NCBI GenBank assembly: GCA_015680685.1
Contig: MNCI01001928.1
Coordinates: 62,001-126,000 of the forward strand
Origin: Gnetum montanum
Taxonomy: Eukaryota > Plantae > Gnetophyta
Direction: 5' to 3'
DNA: 64,000 nucleotides
Positions 11,341 to 21,854 of the stretch are shown piece by piece (within the stretch, counting starts at the first letter, position 1; the number at the start of each line of letters is the position of its first letter). A program made the position numbers and the translations under genes. Below the pieces are notes generated by a model. It did no database searches. It worked only from the letters and a program-made list of their open reading frames with translations, and was not told the DNA's origin.

Positions 11341-14300
11341 CATGTAATAACTAATTGGATAAAGGTTGGCCACCTTACTAGGAAAAGACTTGATCTTGAA
11401 AGTCCCTTCATCTACCTATAAATCACTGGGAATGACTCTTGAAAAGCTCTTCTAGACTCAATTTTTTTGTGTAAATTTTATTTCTCATGAGATGTACAAG
11501 GCCTAGAACCTGCCTCCACTTAAGAAAAGTAACATCTGTCTTGAGTTGGCAGACTAGTCCATCACTATTCCCTTGGGACTAATGGAGGACATTGTGACCA
11601 CCATCTATGAATGGTCCTATCCTAATGATTTCTTGGTGATTTGTATCAATAATTGCAAGGGGGACTTCCCAATCATCATGGTAAGGGCTTGGTTGAGCAC
11701 TATTGATGCACGGTTAGAAATTAGAGACCTTTCCTTGAAAATTTTCAAAGAAAATGAATTTTGAAAAATAGAGAAGAAGAGAGTTCCATGTATTATGTAC
11801 AATGATACAAGGTGTAACTATGTGAAGAAATTATGGTCTATGACAAGTACATCCATCAAAACATGTAGATAGTGTGTGGATGAAAAAAAAATTTAAAGGT
11901 GCCTGAGGGCACCCAGTGGATGATAGCTAATCTTGAAAGTAGCTCAACACTTTGCATGGAACCAATTAAGAGCCTAATGAGTGCCTATGTTGAAGGCATG
12001 GATGCATTAAAGCAAATTCATCACCAACTCTCTGATGATGAACTTGATGACACCTATTGGTGAGAGTTGGAAATCCTTGAAAGCTTTAAAAAGAAGCCTT
12101 ATGAGTTTAAAACTCTACCTACTAGCATGGAATTGTTGGTGACCGTTTGGGACGCGACCGCCAACGAGTGTCCTCGAACAGGATTTAGGTGTCTGCTGGT
12201 CTCTGGCAACACCAAGGCCCAGATACCTCCAAATAGACTCAGTAGTTAATGTGAGTATGTGTGTGTGCTGTTGCGGCGTGTGGTTGTGTAAAATGTAACA
12301 ATTGCGTTGTGTGTGTACTACAAATGACTTACTTTAAAGAGATTCAGCCAACTTTGCCAAGTACTGTGAGTTCTTGAAAATTTTCTATTTTGTTCAACTG
12401 CCTAGTCTACNNNNNNNNNNNNNNNNNNNNNNNNNNNNNNNNNNNNNNNNNNNNNNNNNNNNNNNNNNNNNNNNNNNNNNNNNNNNNNNNNNNNNNNNNN
12501 NNNNNNNNNNNNNNNNNNNNNNNNNNNNNNNNNNNNNNNNNNNNNNNNNNNNNNNNNNNNNNNNNNNNNNNNNNNNNNNNNNNNNNNNNNNNNNNNNNNN
12601 NNNNNNNNNNNNNNNNNNNNNNNNNNNNNNNNNNNNNNNNNNNNNNNNNNNNNNNNNNNNNNNNNNNNNNNNNNNNNNNNNNNNNNNNNNNNNNNNNNNN
12701 NNNNNNNNNNNNNNNNNNNNNNNNNNNNNNNNNNNNNNNNNNNNNNNNNNNNNNNNNNNNNNNNNNNNNNNNNNNNNNNNNNNNNNNNNNNNNNNNNNNN
12801 NNNNNNNNNNNNNNNNNNNNNNNNNNNNNNNNNNNNNNNNNNNNNNNNNNNNNNNNNNNNNNNNNNNNNNNNNNNNNNNNNNNNNNNNNNNNNNNNNNNN
12901 NNNNNNNNNNNNNNNNNNNNNNNNNNNNNNNNNNNNNNNNNNNNNNGAGGTTGAAATCTTTATTCTAGCAAGCCATCTTCCAAGAAATCTTCTTTACAAA
13001 TCTTCCAAGTGTGATGTGTGAGACCCCTTGTGATTCTCTCTTGTGATTCTCCCTTAAGTAATTTGACTAACCAATCAGAGGATTACTTGTCCAATAAGCT
13101 AGGATAAAATTATGTGATTTAGGAAGTTAGGAAGTATACATAAAATGAGGAGCATTTTATGCTAACTTTAATGTGACTTTAAATGGGATAATCAATGTGG
13201 CAAATTTTTAATAGGTAATGACATATATAATAATGTTTTAAAGCAAGCTTGTGCCACTAAGCTTTACGGTTTTGTAATAGAAATATAATATAATCTCCAC
13301 CTTATTGGTGATAGTGGTAGTTAATTTGTTTTTTCTGCATCCCCATAATTGTAGCTAAAATTCGAAGTGACCTGAAAGACGAACCCAAAGGCGAAGCCAC
13401 CGAACCTGCAACTGATTCAACATACCAAAAATCGTTACCAGCAACTGCCGGCATAGGAGAAGGCTCAGCCGTCGTGTCAGGAAACGTCGTCGTATCAAAG
13501 GCATTAGCATCGGGCATGGTTATATCTTTTTTGATTGCAGGTTCCAGGGCGGATAAACTGGTGATTGCCGATTTGTTGTTGTTTCTTTTACCGCCTATAA
13601 CACCTTTTGAAATGCATTCATAGGCCTGAAACTGCCCAAAAATATTGTACCATCTATACCACATGGTTTGTGATGATGTGTAAATCTTAGGGCTCCTCCC
13701 GCTACGGCAAAGCTTCTTCTTTTTGTTTTAGAATGGCGAGGGTTTCAGAACAACACAGAATCTAGTAGGGTTTGGCGACGCATGAGGGGGTTTTGTGGCC
13801 CTGTTCACCTGTCACAGAGGTGGTCAACATTGCTTATGTTTTGCTGCCCAACAAAAAATGAAATGCTAATTTCTGTCCCTTTCTTTTCCTCTATTTCTTG
13901 ATGACTACCGCAGCCGCGTTTTTCTTTTCTCTGCATGAATAACGTCGCGCTGATGTCTCTGCCGCCCTCTCCGTCGTTGCCTCCGGTCATGGTCTGCACT
14001 GCTGCACTGTTGCCCTCAATCGTGACCTGCAAAATGCTGGTGAATATTGCGGTCTTCCCAGAGGTGCGATGCCTTGGTACCTTGCGCTCATACCATGGTG
14101 AAAAATTCTGATTTTCTGTTTAATTTGTGTGATGTGTCCCAAAAGAAATCAACGTCTCCCCTTTGGAACAGGGCTAAGGTTTATGCTTATCTTTTTACGA
14201 GAGAATTCATTAAAATCCCCATAGTGATTTCCATCTCTTTCTCTTCTTCTTCTTTATTTAAAAAAAAGTTAGAAACCAATACCTTTCCCAATCACATCTT

Positions 14301-17190
14301 GCCATTTCAAATATTTGTATTGTAATATTTCAGAAAATCTCAACCATCTCATGTCTCTGTTCCATACAATGGCTAAATTTGCCAACAGGAATATGCTTTT
14401 CTAAACAATGAAAAGATAGTGATAATCAATGCCAATCTTGCTTTTGAATAAAAAGAGAAGCTGTTGAAGGTGGTCAACAAATGGCCAATAGCCTTTGCTT
14501 GATCATATCTTGAACTCATTAGAATTGATCCTAGGATATGCTAGCACCACATCTATACTGATCCTTCCATAAAGCCAAAGAGACAATTATAGTAATGGTG
14601 GAACCCTTAATTAATGTAGTTTGTTAAGGAGGAGATTTAACAACTCTTCAAGGAAAGGCTCATCTATTCCATTGAAGATAGCGAGTGGGTTAATCCACTT
14701 GTGACAATGCCAAAGAAAGGTGGTAAGTGGAGGGTCTGTATTAACTTTAGGTTGTTGAACATGGTGATGTATAAAGATCATTTTCTATTTCTATTTGTGA
14801 ACTAGGTGTTGGCCACTATCTTTAGGCTTTGCTACTACAGCTTTCTAGATAGTTAAGATGCCTATAACCAAATTCAAATTTCATCCAAAGATCAAGCCAA
14901 AATAACATTCACAAGTCTCTAGGGGATTTCTACATACAAAAAGATGCCATTTGTTCTATGCAATGCCCCTACAACTTTCCAATGCTTTGTCTTAGCATCT
15001 TTCAACAACAAATTGGTAGCTGGGTGAAAGTCTTTATGGATGACTTCTCCACCTATGATGTTACATTTGAGTAAGCCCTGGACCACCTTGAGCAAGTGTT
15101 GAAAATGTGCAAGGAGATTAACCTTTGGCTCAATTGGCAAAAGAACCATTTAATGATCCATGAAGGCATTGTCTTAGGGCATATAATATCATAAGTAGGG
15201 ATTGAGATTAACCCTAAGAAGATAAGGATCATCCAAGGAATTACCCAGTAACCAAAAACTATTAAAGATGTTTGATCATTCCTTGGCCACATTGGCTACT
15301 ACCAGCACTCCATAGAGAATTTCTCTAAGATCATTAAATCATTGGTGGAGTTGACAAAGAAAGATGATCTATGCATTTGGACCAAGGAATGTGAGAATGC
15401 ATTCCAGCAACTCAAGAAGAAGCTTGTAGAAACTCCAATTCTATGAGCACTTGATTGGTCTAGACCATTTTACATTATGATGGATGTATCAAATTATGCT
15501 TTGGAATCCATTCTCATGTAGTTGGTGATTAGAAACTTCTATACTACATTCACTACACAAGCTAAAGCTTTGTGGGTGCACAGCTGAACTACATCACAAC
15601 AGAGAAAGAATTGATGACGATGGTGCATGCCTTGGAAAAATTCAAGCACTATGTGCTTGGGTACAAGGTGTTCATGCATATAGACCATACTATAATCTAC
15701 TTTCTCATGAAAAACCTAATGGTAAGCCCTTGTGTCATATGATGAATTATGATCTTGTAGAAATTTAATCTCATGATGGTAGACCGAAGGGAATTAAGAA
15801 TGTGATTGTTGACCACTTGTCTTGGTTACAGTGGGACAACAAAGAGGAGGAGAGCTCATAATCTAATCAATTTCCTGATGAACTCTTCTTTGCTAGTACT
15901 ATAAATGAACCCGTATCTAATGAACCTACATGGTATGATGGAATTCTCACTTATCTTCTTACTCAAGAGATGCCATAAGAGTTGGATCACAAAAAGAAAT
16001 AATAGTTTCTTCACCAGGTGAAACACTTCATGAATATCAATGGACATGTTTATGATATGTGTGTCAATGACTTAGTTCATTGGTGTTTTCTTGATGCTAA
16101 CCATTTGCATGTCCTCTAGGATGCTCATGAGGGTCTTTGTGGAGGCCACTATGCTGGGAGATGCATGATCATTAAGATCTTGATGGTAGCTTATTATTGG
16201 CCAATACTTTGTAGGGATGCTCATCAATTCATCTACTCTTGTAAATGTTTTCAACATGATGATGTAATAACCACTTGAATGGAGGGACCTTAGTATTGTA
16301 TCCAACCACTTGAACCCTTCGAAATTTGGGGTATTAACTTCATGGATTCCATCAAACCCATGTTGAATGGAAAGGCATACATCATAGTTGCTATTGACTA
16401 TTGTACAACATGGGTAGAAGTAATAGTCATCACTGATTGTACATCCTCTATAGTTGTTTAGTTTGTATAATAGAATGTTATAAATAGGTTTAGGGTGCCA
16501 CATGCACTGATTTTTGAGAATGGTACTCATTTTACAAGCACCACCTTTCGAAAGATCATGCAATGCTTGGGGGTAAAATATAAAATAACAACACACTACC
16601 ACCCCCAAGCTAATGGTCAAGCTAAGGTTATAAATAGGAATATCACTAAGATCTTAACTAGAATAATTAGCAACTATAGGAGAGACTTGAGGAAAAAACC
16701 TAATGATGCCCTTTGGACCTACCACTCAACATGGAAACTCCCTATGAGCTAGTGTATGGAAAATTTTCAACTCTTCCTATTCAATTTGAGCTTCGTATAC
16801 TTTCAATAGCCTATGACCTTGACCTTGATCTTAGTCTAGCATAGAAAGAAATACTAATAAACCTTAATGTGCTAAATGAAAATCAATTGGTGGCCCCATC
16901 CTTGAATGAAGTATACAAGGCATTCAGCAAACAATGTCATGACCTGAAAATAAGGAAAGTAAAATTTCAACCTAATGACAAGGTCATTTACTGGAACCTC
17001 ACACATGTACCACAATGAACTAAGTTCCAAACATTATGAACAGGGCTTTACATCATTTATGAAACATTTCCTTCTAGGGTTATGTTGATCTACAAACTTG
17101 AGAGCCCAAATAAGAAACTACTCATCAACATGTAGTAAGTAAAACCTTTCCATGAAACCAAAAGAGCTAGTGCTAGCAACATCTCTTTGA
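11340..17190 (+). pseudogene. pol: Athila A pol (PR-RT-RH-INT), split by the solo LTR at 12134-14387
   Basis: ALLDS protease (~11445) and FPIIMVRAWL. RT motifs WVNPLVTMPKKGGKWRVCI and FMDDF (~15033). RH motif YITTEKEL. INT motifs HEGLCGGHY, WGINFM and HYHPQANGQAKVINR. Confidence 0.93.
12134..14387. mobile_element. Young solo LTR (~2.25 kb including an N gap)
   Basis: Termini TGTTGG...CCAACA with a perfect 5-bp TSD GGAAT (12129-12133 and 14388-14392). Removing it restores host LPTSMEYAFL, matching F's LPTGLEYMTL. CpG-rich. Confidence 0.88.
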
Positions 17191-17984
17191 ATGGACATCC
17201 TCACTCAATATTTTGGATCTCCTCCTTTCAACTCAGTTATGGAAGAGATGGTCATCCATGCTAATTATAAAAGTTGCTTCTTAGTTTTTATACTTTCTTT
17301 ATTTGTTTTATTTTATACCATCATTAGTACATATTACCTTTCTTGGATATTTTACAATTTCTTTTATATTTTACTTTATTTTGGTTTGGTTTTTATTATG
17401 TTTTTCTAATGTTTGTTTTATTTTCCTTTATTGCCAATAAGACACAGTGATGTTGTAGCTATTTGCTAATGGTGGCTTGTACTTAATGTTATTTGATTGC
17501 TGATGTTTGAATTCTATCTTTGAATTTTGATGATTAATAACTAAGACATGGTTTCTTTTTTATGGAATAGGTAGTGAGCCCATGTTATCTACCCATTCAC
17601 ACAACTCTATGGTGTTCCTAGTTTTGGAAATATGAGATCCCTTTCCTTAATGAAGCTTTAATGAACTTGTGACCTTGGTAGTCTCCAAACTTGGGAAGAA
17701 TTTAATGGATTGATAAGGTTGTGACTTCAAGGGGATTGATAAGAGAATTTTCATGGGTTTCTTACCATTCTATTTTCAACTAATAAGAAGAAGCTAAAGT
17801 CTTTGCATGGTGTGGTTCCCATCCAAAAATCCATAAAAACATAAAATCCAAAAAAAAATGATGGGAATTCAAAGCACATCCATTAAATAAAATAATGGTC
17901 TATAACCACTGGTTATGGGATCCCAATTTCATGTTGAAACTTCTTTCATTTTTCAAATTTTGAAAAGTAAAAAATTTTCTCTAT

Positions 17985-18467
17985 AGGCTCCGTCGATGGG
18001 ACCCCATCAATGGAGAGGCTACATAGATGAGACCCCGTCGACACAACATAAAAAGTCTATAAATATGCATAAACACTTAGCAATTTTTCACATTTTAACT
18101 CAAATGAGAAGGGAGTTTTTGAACTTTTTAGTGTCATTTATCTAATTAACTCTATTCTTCAGTCCTACAGCTACTAGAGGTAAGCACTTTGTCGTAGGAG
18201 CCACAAACCTTAGGTTTTTGATAGAAATTTTTTTGAAATTTTTCATACTCCCACAAAGGTTTAACCAAAAAACTAACTTTAAAACATCAATTTAAAGAAG
18301 TTAAATCCTTCCAACAAATTTGGTGACATTAAAAATTAAATAATATTAAAATAATGAATCTTCCATTATCATAACTTTGTCAAAGTGTAACTACCTAATG
18401 AGATAAGGTACCTCAATGTTATAAGTTACACATCATATGCTAATCCTTGGTTATGTTGTGACCATAG
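17985..18467 (+). promoter_or_regulatory. Putative internal promoter and 5'-UTR intron for the extra ORF of A
   Basis: Near-palindromic tcgatggg/cccatcaa/ccgtcgac motifs at 17990-18042, TATAAATA at 18058-18065, donor AG|GTAAGC at 18180, acceptor CCATAG| at 18467 directly before ATG 18468. Confidence 0.55.
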
Positions 18468-21350
18468 ATGACACCTAAAGGAAAGCACATGTAGGAGGGA
18501 GGACCATCCCAACCAAGAAACAACTAGCCAAAAATCAAAAGGGACCAAGAATAGCCCTAGGAACAAGCAGCTAAAACCCATGCAATGGGACCTCTTTGGG
18601 AGGAGCCCAAAGTGGAATTTGTTTAATAGATTCTTGAAGTGGGAACGACTAAACATTCTAACCAAGATGAGGCACTAGAGCCAAGATCAAACCTTGAGGT
18701 CACCTTGACAGAGGCCTACCTCAAGTAGATCACATCCAAGGAAGTTCAAAAATCCATGCTTAAAGAGTTGAACTTTGGACCCTTCTTGGAGTTTTCTCCT
18801 TCAGAAGTTAAAGCTCAATTGTAGAACTCTTCCATGTGGCCCACCATCACTTCTAGTGAAAGGTGGTACATGAAAGAGACATACCTTTTTTGAAACAATC
18901 AGTAGGCTAGTTCAACGAGCAAAATCAAGAACATTTCTATGTCCTACTTGGTGAAAGCAATCTCTAAGGCCCTTGGATTGTCTAAGCCTAAGGAAAATCT
19001 TGTAGAAATTCCAACCTAGGTAGATCCAGGCATCAAGAAAGAATGGAAGCAGTGGTGTTATGGAGTGGGCTATAAGGAGTTTGGTGCACTCACCACAATG
19101 GAATGTGCATACTTTATATTGTAACCTTTCACCTCAATCTAATAGTGAGGCCTAGCAAGATCACATCTTTCTCCACCCATGTGTGTGCCACTCTAAGTAG
19201 TAGATTCCCAATCAACCTTCCACAACTAATCTATCTTGAGATAGAAAAGCACTTTAAGGAGAATGAACATGGAAGGAAGACACTCCCATTTCCATGCCTC
19301 ATCAAAAAATTATGCAAGAGGGAAGGCATAATTTGCTACACAAATGATGTTTTCTAACTTGCCTCAACCACCTCTTGAGAAAAAATGATGAAGGAAAAAT
19401 TGCCTACAAAGGTGATCCAAGAAGAGGAGTAGCAACCACCACCTCCACCACCCACTCATGAGAAAACATCAGAGTCCCGTGTTTCCCTTGAGCATATGCA
19501 TGATCTCTTAGAGAAACTCCTACAATAGTAGTAGTAGTAAGTAGGAATGAGTGATGGTGACCCATCTGTGTATAGACTAGCCATGAGCCACCTCAATGAA
19601 GTGGCCTGATCCTTAAGCTAGATGGAGGGTAGAATGCCAACTTTCTTAGCCCAATGCATGCAAGTGCATGCAAGGTTGAATTTAACCACTTGAGACGTAA
19701 TAGTGTCCCTCTCAAAATAGCAGCAATTCCCAAACATCTTTGGGAATGCCTCTACCTATTTGGTGCATAGGAAAAGGGTGAGGAAGCAATTTTCCTAGTG
19801 ATGTAGCACCATGATTAGAAGACAATGACCAAAGTGGTTGTTGACAAAGTAGCCAAAGAACTTAATGAGCCTATAGCTTTTGTACTAGACATTTGTACAC
19901 TTAGAGATGTGTAGACATCTACAGGAACTCTTACCCATAGATTGAGTGTAGCTAGCATGAGGAATTGCTAGATCAACTGGTGGAAATGAGGCAAATGATT
20001 TCGAATGTCTTTGATCTTCTGGATACCATCACTACAACCCAGTTGAAGCTTCTTAAGGCAAGGATAAAATGAATTATCATGAAGGAACAACTTGAAAAAG
20101 CCTAAGCTAAAAGCCAATGCATAGCTACAGAAGTTGCTAGATTAAGAGTCCACATTGTTGATCTTGCATTGCTAAACCAAGTAATCATGTGGGATGAAGA
20201 TTTTCAATAGCTTCAAGTAAGACTTAAAGAGGTTCAGAATGCTAAGGAGTTAGTAGTCTTTAACTAGTCCTTGGCCAATGCCATTATGTACAACATTTAG
20301 AAGGACTTGGTTCACACTCGTTAAGAAAATAAGTCCCTGACTACAGAAAATCACTACCTATAGAATGTTGATGCATAGAAGTAGAAAACGTCAAGATTTA
20401 TCCATTAATGGTAGGAGTAGCTAACTAAGGTAAACATAGAATTGATGAGATTGGTAGTAGAGAACAGAAACCTCTTGATGAAGGAAGTCTATAACTTATG
20501 CCAGAAATTTGCAATCAAGATTGTAGCCTTGAAGAATAAGGTCCTTAAATTTGAAAGGATTAAAAATCATTATAGGAACTAGGTGGGATTATAGAGAGAA
20601 ATTAATGAGAAGCACATCTAATTGGTAAAGGAAAAAGTCAATGAGGCCATCTAACAACTCCAACAAGGAGGTGATGTCTAGTAGCCTATCTTTGATGGGT
20701 TGAACATATATAACAAGGCTAAAATCCATATGAAGGAGCTATAGATCAATGAAATGATGGAATACATGGAGCTTTCCAACCTTAGATATGCAAACCTAGT
20801 GATGCTGACTACCAAAAGGCCATAGTCAAAAATGGAGAAATAAATGGCTAGCTCGTACTTATTGTATGAGGCAAAGTTCAAGCATCATAATGAGACCAAG
20901 AAAAAGCTTAAGATTGTAAATGTGAAACTTGAGGTTCTCAAGGCGAAGTTCACTGATCAGATATCAACTACTAAGAACCTAGCCAAGATAATGAATGACT
21001 ACCAAGAGCTATAGAATGCACTCAAGGTGTTCAACATCAAATGCAAATAGTTCCTTGTTTGGTTCATTAATGTGAAGGAGTTGTTCCCTACAATGCCCTA
21101 TCTATGGGATATTCCCATTCTGGTCCACATTGGTGAAGCAACATGGACCATGAATGATCCCTAGAGCAAAAAGGAGAAAATTAAGGCATTTTTGAATGTC
21201 TTTTGTCTTCTACCAAAAGTTGCAATTGCCATAGCATAACCACAACAATCGCATGCACTCGAATTTGGAGAAGGTCCTTCAAAACCTTAGAAGCCTTCAC
21301 TACCTTGGACCATTTGAACTTCTTCATCATCTTCATGTCATCAAAGGAGT
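18468..21350 (+). pseudogene. Athila extra ('env-like' position) ORF, ~950 codons: plant-transposon-protein-like domain plus long coiled coil
   Basis: Reads MTPKGKH...; PINLPQLIYLEI...LPFPCLIKKLCKREGI at 19200-19330; QPPPPPP; then an E/K/L/Q-rich heptad-like region at 20080-21050. Most stops are explained by C->T or G->A. Confidence 0.7.
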
Positions 21351-21547
21351 TATGTTTATCATTCTTATCATGGTGTTTAATTTTGTTATCCTGAATACTA
21401 AAATTTTTGTAATGATTATATACTATACACTTGGGCACCCAAATTTTGTTGTGTTTATTTTATGTATCTATAGTTAGTCAATAATCCCATACCTTCCCAA
21501 ATTTTGTTAAGAGCTTGAGGATGAGTTTTCATTTAGTTGTGAGGGTA

Positions 21548-21838
21548 TGATGAGTCACATTGTTGGGTTCCATCGACAGGATGTCGTGGATGTGACCTCA
21601 TTGATGGAATCTCATCAATGTGATCCTATCGATGGGATCTCATCAACATGAGTTTTGAATCGTTGATGTGTACCTATCGATGGGAAATCCTATTTCTTCC
21701 TATAAATGTGTGTCTACCCACCACATTTATGACAATCTTTTCATAGTTATAGTGAAGTGCTTGTAGTTTTTCCATTTAAGAGTACAGATCTTTATTCAAG
21801 CACTGTTGTACCTAATCACCTCAATTTGGACAACAATA
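21548..21838 (+). repeat. 3' LTR of element A (right part deleted)
   Basis: Follows ttagttgtgagggta. Aligns to the 5' LTR up to cctcaatttggacaacaata, after which host RT resumes. Confidence 0.88.
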
Positions 21839-21854
21839 GCTTAATGAACATAAT

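Larger units (their letters stand above)
7840..21838 (+). mobile_element. Athila-lineage Ty3/gypsy LTR retrotransposon A (near full length, 3' LTR truncated)
   Basis: Two homologous LTRs start tgatgagtcacattgttgggtt (7840 and 21548). It has an Asp-type PBS, gag-PR-RT-RH-INT, a long extra ORF and a purine-rich tract before the 3' LTR. Confidence 0.92.

Noticed and set aside
12374-13021. Long ORFs spanning N runs (also 31828-32171, 34493-35092, 8833-9126)
   Set aside because: They are open only because N codons contain no stops.
13302-14325. ORFs of 120, 75 and 92 aa in the CpG-rich insert, as a captured gene
   Set aside because: No recognisable domain; they lie within a TG..CA, TSD-flanked solo LTR.
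17191-17409. Membrane or env peptide (hydrophobic 72-aa ORF)
   Set aside because: The hydrophobicity comes from a T-rich 3' UTR, and the frame is not evidently kept in the homologous F region.
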